From the NCBI GenBank assembly GCA_951804945.1, contig OX638152.1, positions 40,238,001 through 40,302,000 of the forward strand: a stretch of 64,000 nt of DNA, written 5' to 3'. A program made the translations under genes and the position numbers. Each line of letters begins with the position of its first letter. Position 1 is the first letter of the stretch. A model generated the notes under the pieces. That model searched no databases. It saw only the letters and a program-made list of their open reading frames with translations, and was not told the DNA's origin. Below are positions 11,852-24,979 of this stretch, piece by piece. This DNA comes from Podarcis cretensis (taxonomy: Eukaryota).

Positions 11852-12264
11852 GTTTCATGTTACAAACAAATCCTAAACTGTGGTTAATTCTAACTAAGTT
11901 TGTGGGGGTGCGGGGAGGGGGGAACACAACTGCATACAGCATGTTGTAGTGTGTTTCAATCTGGTTTTTTGTTTATCACTGAATTTACTGATTTTTGAGT
12001 GCTTTATAAATAGTTGCTTTTAACTGATATTTTGTTTTATTCTTTTTGTAAACCACTTTGAAGTTGTATTACAACCAAGGGCAGTATACAGCTGGCAAAA
12101 CATATAAATCTGTAGGTTTCGAGCCTGCTTGATTTAAACAAACCATACTTAGAGCCTAATAGTTTGCTGGGTTTAGGCAATTATAGCAAGCTAAGGTTGA
12201 TATATAAAAAATAAAAATAAAAACTTCTGAACTCCTCCATGTAGCTGTACCAGAAGTCTGGGAG

Positions 12265-12427
12265 GGGGAGGGCTATAATACCCCAGTAGAGCAGCTACTT
12301 TGCATGCAGAAAATCCCAGTTTGAATCTCAGGCATCTCCAAGCATAGCTGGGAATGTCTTCTCCTGGAAACCCTGGAGAATTTCTGCCAATGCTGAGCTT
12401 GAAGAGCCAACATTCTGAATCGGTATT
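12265..12427 (+). mobile_element. tRNA-Ala-derived SINE (Squam2-like)
   Basis: CAGTAGAGCAGCTACTTTGCATGCAGAAAATCCCAG head followed by GAAACCCTGGAGA; homologous to the copies at 26275 and 48131. Confidence 0.7.
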
Positions 12428-13811
12428 GACCCAGGAGAGGCCAGGTTTGTGCCCATCACATTAATCTCTGTTCATGCTAATTTTGGTTCTTGAGGTGCTA
12501 TGAAAGCTTGAAGCCTATTTGACGACAAATTATGTGATTCAGGAAAAGTAAGTGTATCACCTTGCTCTAACATGCCACTTTCAGCTCTCTAAAATGGAAC
12601 TATAGTCCGCCTCTAATCTAATGCAGTATGAGAAGTGTTGCCCCTTTCCATTATTCTGTAGCAAAATTAGTAGACCTTAAAAATTCTGTCATAAAACCAT
12701 ATTGCACTAACAACATAAGGCTTTCCGTGAATGAATCTTCATAACATCATTAACTTTGCCTCTGGTCTTTAGCTCCCACTATTAAAAAAACCCTTTTACA
12801 TATTCTTTACCATTCCCTCCCTTCCTACTTCCTTTCCTGCTTAAGTTAAGCAATTTTAGCAACTGGGGTCTTTTGCTTCTGCCAGTGCACTTGTAAGAAC
12901 TCTCAGTAATATTCTCCAAGCAGGTGATGGCTCTGTGGCATCCAGGGTCTTCTGCTTTATGACTCTAGCCATTACATTTTGGAATGCCATCTCTGAAAGG
13001 CTACTTGAAAACCCTTCACTCAGATTTTCATTACTACATAATAGCCATCCTTCTGGAGACGTGCCTTCTTGCATAAAAAATAAAATGAAGCAAGCTTATT
13101 CTGACAATAGCCCTAGCACATGCTATGCCTGAGAGTGGAGATGGTACAACACAAAAGCAACCTCATCTTGTTTTCTAATCACTTTACAAAGCAAAGTCAA
13201 GACATTTTAATTTATTTTTTTGCTTTTGCTTTTAGATAAAAGGCATTCAACTGAGTTTCACTCCATTGAACCCAGTCTGCAGAACTGACAACATACCTTG
13301 AAAAGATTCCTTCAGTAGATAATTAGATCAGTATAATACAAGTATAGCATGAATTAACCTTTGCACTCACATGTGAACGCAGTCATATATTCTTGGTGTG
13401 AATTGTTTTCACTGATTAGCAGGGCTGTCTATTAGGAATTGTAACGTATTGATTGGAGCAAAATGGCAGCAATTAGAGATTTTTGAAAGGTCCAGAGGCT
13501 CACAGATTAGCCACATCATGCTAGTAGTTATGGGTTTTCAATAAAGAAGATAGAAGATGTGTTGAATTTTGAAGCAGAAGAGTTCTTAATCATTTCATTA
13601 TGAAAAGTTATGGCGTAGCTTATTTTCTATGGTAACCTGACTTCACATTAGGCGAGACCAGATTTTCAGATTATTGTCTTTATTCTTTACCGTGATCATT
13701 TATAATAATAGCTTGATTCATGCAACCATTTTTAATGTATTGAAATCAGCACAAGTTCACATTTTGGTGTGCTGGGCACATTTGTGATTAAGCATGTTTC
13801 CAGATCATGAC

Positions 13812-13920
13812 TTTATTTATTTATTTATTTATTTATTTAGTAAGTAAGTAAGTAAGTAAGTAAGTAACGTAAGTAAATCACCCTTCATCCAAAGATCACA
13901 GGGTGGTTCACAACATAAGA
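13812..13920 (-). repeat. Compound (TTTA)n(AGTA)n microsatellite forming the tail of an L2-like 3' end
   Basis: Direct reading; followed by CACCCTTCATCCAAAGATCACAGGGTGGTTCACA. Confidence 0.65.
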
Positions 13921-14836
13921 AAATACTAATATGGATTGATTATATTTCAGTCTGCTTAGGTGAGCTGAAAGAGAAGTTGTCTTGAAAAGTTTAAAACTGG
14001 AAGAAGTCAGATTGGGCTATTAAATGAAAAGGAGGCAGGGGTTCTAAGCCTTTCCTTTATAACTTTTATATGATTTTGTCATGAATGATAGATGTGTGAG
14101 TAATTGATATAATAGTTTGAATATAAAATGTTTAAGTAAAATATACTCTGAATGTTCATGTTATATTGAATACAGGGACAAGCTGCCTCTAGTTTTGTAC
14201 AAGTGTATACTTGTTCATTTGTATTACTCTGCTATTCCTTACACAGGCACAAACTGTGCATTCATTGAAAATTACATGTGCATCACTTTACAAGTGTACA
14301 GCTCAACTGTTTTCCATACACAGATTGCATTCTTGCTGAATGTAATGTGTGAAAGTTCAATGCTAAAATGGTAGAATTTGTCTGACACAGTTTGGTGTTG
14401 TCTTTTTAGGGTACATAATTGTATCCTTTTAAAATTGGTTTTGACTTTGTTCGCCCAGGTTGTCTCGATAAAGAGAAATGGTTGAAAATGCCAGGAAGCT
14501 GTATATTGCAATTTCTAAAGGGTGGGATTTTCTGTTGTTTTTGTCCTTGCTAATCAGCCTTCACCTTGCCTGCCCTTCTATGTCCTTTTTGTGCACAGAT
14601 TGCTGAGATGTTCTGCTGTTGCCCTACTCCATTTTCATGTGGGGGTCCTAACTTCTTCCCTTCTTCCCTTTTCTATATTCTTCCATGTGGCCCCACAGCA
14701 AACCATGACTAATGGCTCCCCTTAGCTTGTAAGGGTCAAGTTGCTGATGAATAACTGTTAATGAAAGGCTCCCCCCTCCACAACTCTCTGAGAACAGAAT
14801 TAGGCTGGGGAGCACAATTCAAGACAAATATTTTTA

Positions 14837-14837
14837 G

Positions 14838-14869
<32 letters not shown>

Positions 14870-14870
14870 G
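14837..14870. repeat. (TTG)n microsatellite
   Basis: Direct reading. Confidence 0.95.
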
Positions 14871-15971
14871 AGAAGAGCAATTACAAATAGATTCCCTAAA
14901 TCTGTGAGGCAGGAGTACATAGGAGGCCAAATATATGACACCTTCCCTTTCCAGGCAATCAGGACTTATTTGCTATGTTCTGTCTCCACCATCAGATGCA
15001 ATATGTCTGAGCAACAGTTGCTTTGAATTACAGGTGGGGAGAGTGCTGTTGTACACAGATTTTGCTTACAGACCTCTTATAGGAACCTGGTTGACCACTG
15101 CAAGAACAGGATGATGGGCAAGACACACTATTCTCCTGAGTGCTTCTCTTATGGCCAGTGCTTCTCTTATGGCCAGTGATAGCTAATGGTTTGTAATCAC
15201 TGATGCTGTTTATCAACCGACACTGTATATTGGGTTAAATAGTTCTTTGTTTAATTTAACACTGGACCTTTCTAAACCCATTGGCTGGCCAGTGTGGTTG
15301 AGATCTGTGCAATGCTGCTTGTGGATGTGCTGAATTTCAACAGACCACTTTAGCTATGCAACTTGGTGAGCTTTCTGACCTCGAAAAAAAGAAGACAAGG
15401 CCTTTGCAGTTGTAATAAAGAAGTTACATTAGATAAAGTTATTTTCAATGGCTCTTTCCAAAAGATTGAGAGTCAATTATGCCAGCAGGTTCATCTTCAG
15501 GACAGCAGCACAGATGGGTATATTGTACTTGTCAAGAAGATTTAAAGATGCAATGTCAGAGGTTGATCCCAAGGCCTTCTTTTCTCCCAGCAGGATATGA
15601 ATAATTTCCATTGAATTCCATGGAGTTAGTTGTATTCTGTGGTCAGGCAATTCTGGCTCTCATGCTTCCTCGTATAGTTACAGTAACAAAATCAGAATCG
15701 TTCTTGTTAAATATATATCTGGCTACACCAGCAACGTAGAAATTAAACAGGAAGGAAATGTGGTATTCGAAGTGAATTATTCTCACATGGATGGTTGAGA
15801 CCCACCATGGGGAGACAGGAACTTTGCTAGAGAGTTGCCAGCAGATGACTGGACAGCTGGTTGAAAAACACTGTCTCAGGGAGGACAACAACAGTGTCCC
15901 AAGCAAAGGAAATCTTCAGTATAGCTGAATACTTCAGTAGTTACCCACCATCAAGAAAGCTTGAAATCCTA

Positions 15972-16180
15972 CATAAAAGGAGGCTTCTGGATTATACCAA
16001 TGGCCTGTCTAGTCCAGCATCTTGTTCTCACAGTGGCCAAACAGATGCCTGTGGGAACTCACTGAGCAGGACCTGAGTACAAGAGCCCACCTGTGGCTTC
16101 CAGCAACTAGTACTCAAAAGCATGATTGTGTCCATGTTGTGAGGCAGTAAATCACCATCATGGTTATTAGCCATTGGTAG
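15972..16180 (-). mobile_element. CR1 LINE 3' UTR fragment
   Basis: TCTAGTCCAGCATCTTGTTCTCACAGTGGCCAAACAGATGCC...CAGCAACTAGTACTCA; homologous to 54570-54780; shorter copies at about 33365-33425 and 61598-61705. Confidence 0.7.
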
Positions 16181-16204
16181 CTCCTCTGAAGCATCATGTA
16201 AAGA

Positions 16205-16378
16205 AATTAACACAGCCCAGTCCTGTTGTTACTTCAAATAGAATAGCTTTGGTGGGTGGTATCAGGATTGGTACCACAGTATGAGGGAGGGGGCTTGTAA
16301 CTCTTCCCCACTTGCACTGTGGTTACAGCAAAAATCACTCCTCCACACAGCTGTTATTTTCTCCAGGTTGGAAACTAC
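16205..16378 (-). repeat. Unclassified dispersed repeat (also at about 49763-49850 and 53343-53490)
   Basis: Shared TTTCCTTCnnGTACCAAATAGCAGTTCTGT core in the two + copies; this copy matches their reverse complement. Confidence 0.5.
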
Positions 16379-16639
16379 TTGAATGCTGAATTGTTACCTT
16401 TAAAGAAGCAGCAAAATATAAATGCACAGCAGGAGCACTGGGTTAAAATAAGCCAATAAGCAGGGAAGTTACCAGAAGTTCACATAGTTTCTAATACGCT
16501 TGTTTGCCTAACATGCTGTTTCAGCTATTATGTGGTCCACCCACACACTTTCATTTATTCATTTATATTCTAAAAGCCATTTTGGTTTTGATATGAAAAA
16601 AATAAATTACAAAGGATGGTTTTGTTTTCGTTCCTTACA

Positions 16640-17135
16640 TGGGAGCTTCAGTACAATACAAAAACCACAATATCAACAGGCTAATTACAAAGCTGACATA
16701 AACATTGTTTATTTTTTAAAAGCAATGTCCTAACAGTGGCCATAACAAAGAGCCTAACAAACCAGCATTGTAAAACTAATTTGAATGCAGCAAACCTTAA
16801 AAATCCTTCAGCCAGTTAAAATTCTTTAGGACCACAGTATATTTACTCAAAGGCCTTCTAAATCAAATGAGCCTGCAGTATCTGCTTCAATGCATCCCCT
16901 GCATTGCCCTTCAGAGGGAATTCCTTAATTGTGGGACCACTGCCACTTTGTGTAACACTGACAGATCCTACTGAGGAGAGCCTCTGAGCCTGATCTTCAT
17001 AAGCATAGGCAGGCTGGTACAGGTGAAGATGATTTCTCAGATAACCTGGTTCCAAACTGCTTAGGGCTTTATAGGTTAAACAGCAGCACCTTAAACTGGG
17101 CTAAGAAATATACTGACAACCAGTGCAATCCATAT
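16640..17135 (-). mobile_element. L2 LINE 3' part (ORF2 C-terminus remnant)
   Basis: Minus-strand translation LHWLSVYFLAQFKVLL/LTYKALSSLEPGYLRNHL (one frameshift) matches the L2 ORF2 end motif LHWLP...FK...TYKAL...P.YL. Confidence 0.8.
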
Positions 17136-18701
17136 CATATTGGTGTTAACAGGCTTGATCATCCTGTTTCAACCAACAGAGTGGAGAACACTGTCCCACT
17201 AGGACTTCTGAGTCTTCAGAGTAAAGGAGGACAATGCTGCCTCCTCGGGTTGGATAGGCACTGACCCAACAGGTTGCTCTTCCACAGAACCTCTGATTCA
17301 GTACATCCATGTTGGATTGTCTCTGAGGACAATTCATTTTTCCACTCCAAATCCCTAGCCACATCCCCTGCAGTTTGACCCCAGGGGCATGGCACAGGAG
17401 GAACAACAGGGTTGCACACACATTCATCCATTCCCTGGTGCAAATCTATCTGCCATCCAGTGGAATAGATAAAAATAATCAGCATAATCCAAGATCAGCC
17501 ATTCTTCTAAAAAAAAAAAAAAAGAAGAAGAAGAAGGTAGTTTATGCTGAATAAATTGTAGATAATCTTAGTCTTTCTTCAGAATTTGAAACAGGCAGCT
17601 GCACCTAGGTTTTGATAATATTCATATATATTTAAATGCAGGGAATGAATGAATAAAAGGGTAGGTGATTGTTCAACTAATTATCCTATAGCCTTATCAT
17701 TTCTTAACTCATACTGTAAAGGAGCATGATAAAAATAAATCTGTATATGGGTTCTACCTGCCAGCACACCAGAGTTCTTATTTCTTATTTTTTCCTTGCA
17801 GCTGACAAGGTTTTATAGCTATATCCTTTCCACTTTGACATATTTTTGAAAGCACACCCTCTGCAAAACTTCAGTAAGTTTCTGTTCTTTTATTTTCCAA
17901 GTTTTCAATTAGACAGGAATTCAAAATCCAGAAATGGTTAGATTCCCACTTATTGCTAACCCCAAGCTCAGCTTCAGCTAGCTGGAAATAGCTGGTGATT
18001 TTGTAGTCAAGCAATTTGTCTCATTTTCCCCCTTATTAAAAATGGTATGTCATATAAGTGAAAAGGAGAAAACTAAGCTCTGTCACTCTGAAGTTCAGAT
18101 GTTTGATTCCAGCATTTAACTTGTCAATAGACTATTTTAAGATGTTAGGGAGAGAATTGTTTAACTTCTCCATCTCAATATCTCTTTTGAATCTTGTACT
18201 TTTATGGATGGAAACACTTGGAACACATAAGCAGTTAAGACTCCACACTTTCAAGCAAAGGTAAAGAGTCCCCGGTGTTTAGCTCTTCCGATTGTCAACA
18301 ATTAATAGCTTTGGGTAATGCTGTTTGCTATCTCCTTTCATTTGAGCCAACTCCAATTCAGTCCCAATACTGATTATCAAAATAACTGGCTTTCTTTAAA
18401 TTAGTACTGACTGCCATGATTAAGGGTAGCCAATGTCTTTGACAAAAAGCAATATATCCTATTCAGAAAAGAATGCAGGCAATGTTATGAGTCAGTAATG
18501 TGGTCCTCCCAGGCACAGAATATTCAAAATCTGGATTCAAATCCCATCTCATGACTACCTGAATTCTGTAAATGGGACTTTTAGGTAAACTGCATCCACT
18601 GCAGGACCGACTCAATGCTAGAACAGTGTAAACCACAGACTTGTCAAGAGCTTTATAACTCTAATTGGAGTGTCCCTTGTTTATGTATGCATCTTCATGA
18701 T

Positions 18702-18861
18702 CAGAGACTGTTTTAGGGTAGCATGACTGGTGCGGTTGCCCTGGGTACTGCCCATGGGGTGCCAAAACAATGCTGTAGAATGGAGCGTTGTGGGGGAGGT
18801 TGCCAGATTTTAGCATCACATGGGACACCACTAAAATTTGAGAGTCCAAAGCCTGCCACTG
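18702..18861. mobile_element. Old hAT-like MITE
   Basis: CAG...GCCACTG ends, TCATGA on both flanks, GC-rich interior. Confidence 0.4.
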
Positions 18862-21800
18862 TCATGAGGGGCTTCTAGTTGTCCTTGCTTAGAGAGTTTG
18901 CCTCTACTTTTAATTGTACTGCGTGAGACTATAACCACTGTGTACCTGTGATAGAGCACTAGATTGAGCCACAGAGGCCTGCTTTCAGACTTGCTGTTCA
19001 TAAATAGTTCTATCCTGTGAGCACTGTATAGCAGGAGAAAAAATATGGCTTTTGTAGGAGTTAATCATTTGGAATTCAATTCCCTGCAAACAGTTAGGGC
19101 TCTTTGAACACGGTCAGCCTGCACTTGAAAAGTTGGCTGTGTGGTTGCATGCCATTGCAAATACTCTGGGAAATTAATTTTCTCTCGCCCCTGCTGAGAG
19201 TCTCTCTGCAGAAGCAGGAACTGAAGCCACACATACACTAATGAATGAACACCATAAAGGCGTGTGAGGTTGGACAGCGTATCACAGTCATGTAGTCTTC
19301 TGAACTCTGGTGGGCTCCCTGGGAGTTTTGTGGCAAAAAACCCTACACCCTGTTGTTTCAGTCGGGAAAGGAAATGCTATATTTCTTCCTGCACCTGCTC
19401 TTGAATTTTTTAGCTTGATCAAAATACCTTTTGGATTCACTGAAGTCTCCTCATCTGTCCCCTTGGAACAAAGTCGAACTCGGCTCCACTAAATTAATCT
19501 TGCCTAGTTCTGCAATAAATCAGTATTTAGGGAATTCTCTGCTATATTAGATAATGTAATAATACTGGTGCGATCTTGTCCCAGATTTATGCTTTCTACT
19601 GAAGAGGAGGGTTATGTCACCCAGATCCAGAGTAGTGCCCACAGACTCCTTTTTCAAATGGCTAAACCCTACCAGTCAGTTGTTCCACAGAATGGTGGAA
19701 ACTGCAGCCCATTTCATCTTTCTGGTGGTTAATAGCCAAGATTATGTCTTTACACACATGGCCCTGGCCATACATCAGAGAAGAAAACCACACACACAGA
19801 ACTTTATTGCATCTGCATCTAACAAGGGAGAAAATCAGTGAATGCAGCATTGTTAACTGGGCTGAAGTACCTGTTTACATTCAAACCAGGATTATTCTCA
19901 TTGTTTGGCTAAGAATCATAACTTGACACACTGCAAATGGTAAGAGAACTCAGGGGTTCCAGTGCATACCTTGGGGGTTTGGGTCCCATGGAACAAAAGT
20001 CACAAGCCTGCTGGCATTTTGGGGTGATGTAAGGCTGATCATAAAACAAAAGGTTCACAACATTGATTTTCCCACAGATCCTGCTCCCCCATTAGGTTTC
20101 CAGGTGGCTCTCAAGTACCTATTACTGGATTCATCAGAGACAGTGAGTCAGACCTCTTTGTCTCCAGTCCTCAAATTAACTGTTCTATTTCGGATACATG
20201 CCTTGATGACATCACCTCCAGGCAAGGAAAGGGGAGTGAAGCCATGCCCCCTTCAGCTCACCTTCCACACTCATCACTAGCTACAGTATTTTGTTTCTAT
20301 ATGTCAACACTATAGTCCAAGCTTGCAGCTACTTAAATGACGTGCAAACTAGACTGACCATTTCAGCAGCCTCCTTTTTCTTTAGGCCCAAATCTTACAG
20401 CTATGAAATGGTAGCAATCAGTTACAAGGATGTTCCATTTAGTTATCCAGGCCTTAAACAAACCATTTGACCTGGGAAATACCTCTGTATTAATATACAA
20501 ATACAATAATAGTAGAAAGAAACCCTATCTACTCAGCAAAAATGGCCAATAGTGTTTTTTGTTTTGTTTTGTTTTAGTGACAATATATTTTGTTATAACC
20601 CTGGCTTTAGGGGCAAACACCATTCCTTGTTGCCCAGTCCTCTTTAAATCTTTGTCCTCCCATAAACCTTTCCCCCCTCTATCCCCCCCCTCCCTGTTTT
20701 GTTTTCTTAACTTCAGAACAAGTACACTAAGATAACCATCACAAGCCAGGAAATAAAACTCCTGTTTAACATTCAGGGGCTGACAGAACATACTTCAAAG
20801 ATCTGGCAAGACTACAGAGGGTTAAAGTGATTGTGCTTTAAGACAATGGAATTTACATGCTTCAGAGGTTTTCTTTCTCCTTATCTTGTCGGTGAGGAAT
20901 TAATAAGTTAGAGGCATTCAGCTCAGAATGGTGGCTTGATTGCATGCCTTTTATTAAGTAGCTGAGGCGTGAGGAGACTGTGGAGCTTGATAGATTTTCA
21001 TACATGGTTCATTTTGAACCTGACTCCAGCTCTTCAATGTCCTTAAACCCCAAGTTATTAGCTGTGTGCTATAGGCAATCAACGCTTGTGTGTACATATA
21101 TGTTTTATTTCAACTAATAACCAGCCTTTTCTGAAAAGGTCTTTTCAAGGACCAGCCCTACCATTAGACAGAATGAGGTGGCCTCTTCAGGCCCCAATTG
21201 CTATGCCCCCAATGTCCGCATGTTCAAAGTACATGCAAAATAAATTCTATTTACATACCAATGTGGTCTTGTGTTGATCCTCCACATGGGATTGAGCCAT
21301 AGTCCCTCATCACATGGAGGGCCACCATACACTTACATTGGTACATGCGTCAAACATTTCTGACACATTCTGATTCCCTCAAACCTTCTTTCAACACATG
21401 GGGTGGGGTGGGGGCGTTGTGTGAAAAATTCTAATAAAACCCAGACTTGAATACAGACTCTGCCACTGCAGCTGCTCTGGGGAGTCTGGCATCATCAGCA
21501 AAAATATTGTGGTATGCTTTGCTGTTTGCTCATCCATGTTTGCATGCAAGATGGATATTTCTCATACGCACGACACAGGGAGAACACACTTCCATAAAGA
21601 TGGCATTCACTGTTATAGGCTGCATTACTAATGTCTGAATGGGTCATTCATCTTTGGTCAAGGCCTTTCTGTGTTTATTTACAGCCAAATGATCAGCCCA
21701 AGCCCTGCTGTTTCAATTTTCCACAGCTCTGAGAGCATGGCTATTTTTTTTAGGTTTCATATATTAATGACTCATAGGTTGGTAATGTCACTCTGGCTCT

Positions 21801-22171
21801 TTAATGGCATAAAGAATTTGAGCATAGTGTTATGCACATTTACACGGTTAGGGAAAACTTTGCAGGAGTATGCCTTGCTTAGCATCTAGATATCTATCAT
21901 ATTTATTTTCCTCTGCTCTCCTACAGGGTGAATGCGTGTAGCTGTGCATTCTTGTTTAACAAGATACATGGGGAACATTGTTTGAATCCATGAAAAAACA
22001 AACAAAAGCTTGATTGTGTTCAAAGAAGCACATTTATAGGGAGAACACAGGTGGAAAATGCACTGCTGAGTAGTAGGAAAATCAATCTATATAGAACACA
22101 ATACACTAACTCCCCCTCCCCATATTCATATTAGGACTATGGGGGAGAGTAATAACTTTCTAGAAATCTGT

Positions 22172-22210
22172 TGAATGAATGAATGAATGAATGAATGAAT
22201 GAATGAATGA
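22172..22210. repeat. (GAAT)n microsatellite
   Basis: Direct reading. Confidence 0.95.
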
Positions 22211-22921
22211 AGTGAGGCGAAGAGAGGGGTCTTGTCATCTGTGCAGCCCAGGACCTCCATACACACTGCCCAGGCTTGTGCCCCAGAGAAGTCACTTTGA
22301 TGCTGCTAACATAGCTGTTTGACTTCACCCCTGGAAGCACACTCCATTTTCTTGAAACAGATGGATACCAACACTCACACCATTTAGAGATGAGATTCAC
22401 ATTATTTATATCTCACCATGCATTTCCTCTTGATTTCTAGCAGACACATTTTAGATACCTGAGATAGTTTTAGAGTTATCCGTTCAGGTTTCTTAGCCCA
22501 GACAAAAATTCTTTACATTGGCAGAAGCATCCAAGATGTCCCCACCACACTTTCTCTCGCCCAGCAAGATCCCTGTGTGCTTGTATGTCGTCTTCTTTTT
22601 TTTAAAAAGGTGCAGACAGACTTTCCCCACCGCAGCACACAAAACCATTCTCCATGACATTTACATGGATACTTCATTTCCATTGATACAGCTGCTGGGC
22701 TGAGCCTAGCACAATTTGGCAATTAACAATTAAATCAAATAAGAAAGGGGGCAGAATTGGGGCAGATGTCCAGGAAAAAAGACTTCTGAAATTTCACCCT
22801 CTATTTCACCCAGTGTTTGAACTCAGCCCGATGTTGGCTTTACGTGCTATCCTAGGAATGTAACCGCCATGTAAGCTGAGTGTCACCTATATTGTATACA
22901 GTGCACATGCATTCAGTAAGG

Positions 22922-23052
22922 CAGGGATGGGGAAATCTGTGACTTTCCAGATGTTGCAAACTCCAACTCCCATCAGCCACAGCCAACATGGCCAATGGTC
23001 AGGAATGATTAGCACTGTAGTCTAACAGAGGGCCACAGGTTCCCTGTCTCTG
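22922..23052. mobile_element. Short hAT MITE
   Basis: CAGGGATGGGGAA...TTCCCTGTCTCTG with perfect 8-bp TSD CAGTAAGG; related copies at about 34905-35005, 48669-48796 and 51330-51466. Confidence 0.85.
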
Positions 23053-24692
23053 CAGTAAGGTCTTTATACACATCTATACATTCTTTTCCCTTTCAAAGTC
23101 TGCCCTGTAGTATTTATAGACAATATATTTCTAGCAACAGTTTACATCAACACAGTATTCAGTACCCTATTATAAGAAATTTCTACAAGATAAAACTAGA
23201 ATCCTAATGTATAATGGCAATATATATTGCATTAATTGCAAATACACTGCTATAACTCTTTTGTTAATTGGAATTAGTTCACTTTTATCAATAAATAAGT
23301 CAATAAACTTTATGTGGCTGATGTAACAAGATGCTAGTACATAGATTCATTTAGGATAGGGGGAAACCCACAGGTATTTTGTTTATTTGGCAACTGCAGT
23401 TACAAAAGCGGCCTGTAAAAGAGTCTAAGATGTCATTCAAGAATTTGTTCAGTATTCAAGCCCTCTGTAAGTGTGAGGTTTCTCCCCCCCCAACCCCCCT
23501 TCAACTAAATAGTGAAAAGCTAAAAAACCATTGACTGGGTTTGCTCTCAGGGCACATAATTCCATTACATTTTCTTGCTTTTTGTCACTCAGAAGATTCT
23601 CTTTTGTGTTGGGCTTAATAGCAGACACACAAATTGTTCCAATCTTGCCTTTTTTCCCCAGCTCCACTTTTCACTTCAGCTATGACAGAGAGCTCAGAGT
23701 AGCAATACTTGATGGAAGGGGAAGACATGACTTGGAGATCATAACCCTGCCACGATGAGATTGGCCATTTATGCAAATTCAGTTAGAGCCATTTTTCATA
23801 CTTCTCTTCCTGTAGCATATCTAAACCAAGCGTAGAGTGCCTCTTCAGAATGAGACACAATATTATTTGCCCCGGTGCATGCTTCCGGAATCAGTCCATC
23901 AAGGTATGACCTAATTCACACTATGCTGAGCTTTTTATGCAAATGCATGGGACAATGCGAAACAATATATTAGATTCTGAACCCACCCTTCCTCCAAAGA
24001 AGCCCAGAGCAGGAAACAATAAAGCAATAAAATGATAGCTTTAAAAAAAAGAAAATAATTGATTATGGGATTAAGGAACTTGCGGATGTAAACAAGACTA
24101 ATAGTGGTCATGGCAGATGCCAATAAAGCAGGGTTCCTGGCTTTTCAGCATTTCACCTGCCTATTTGATAGCATGTGTTTTGCCTCTGTTTCAAGTTACT
24201 TGGTTGGGTAAACAAAATAGTTTGAGCAAGGAGTGGGGCTGCAACTCCACTGGCACAAATTTGCACATATGCAATGCAAACAGCTGTAGTGAAGGGCCCT
24301 TCACTCATATAGTAGTTCTACATGTGATGGCTTGCAGCTCCTGGGAAAGTCTTCATGTATACAACTGAATGAATAAAGGACACTTGCGCTGCACCAGGTC
24401 AGGGTCAGGCCTGCTCTGCACAGCCCTGATGCTTGTTCTTGTGCTGCTCAACATGGGAGCAAAGAACACCCAAGCAGGGCCAGTGTTACCTCCCTAACCC
24501 TTTTCAATTTTATTTTTATACCGTGTTATAAAAACATTTCACCTCACACCCTTCTTAGATTCCCCACAGAAGCAATGCCCCCACAAAGGCCCAAATGACA
24601 CTGCCTTTCCATTAAAGATTCTTCTTTTGCTGGAATTTGCATCTGAATTCACCTTTGTGTTCTGTTGTTTCTTCTGCTATGTGGCTGGTATC

Positions 24693-24979
24693 CAGGAGTG
24701 TAAAAGGGGTGGGGGCGGTCCATCCAGGGTTTCATCCCTGAGGGGTGTGTGTGACAAAATCCTGGGCAGATTGCCATGCCACCCCCCTGGGCACTAATCA
24801 CCACACCGATTGCCCCCCCCTGGACACTGTGCTGATTGCCTCCAATGGGAGCCGATTGCTGTGCCGATTGCCCCAATGGACACCAATCGCTGCGCCAATT
24901 GCCCCCTGGGCGGCGATCACCCCCCCCATGGCGGCTCACCCCACCCTTCCGGGGGCCCAAGTGGCTAGCTCCGCCGCTG
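24693..24979. mobile_element. hAT MITE with internal GC-rich minisatellite
   Basis: Perfect 8-bp TSD CTGGTATC; ends CAGGAGTGTA / TCCGCCGCTG; repeated GCCGATTGCCCC units. Confidence 0.85.

Noticed and set aside
15138-15178. Short tandem duplications (18 bp here; others near 35070, 49408, 56688, 59988)
   Set aside because: Ordinary slippage duplications with no spacer structure; not CRISPR-like
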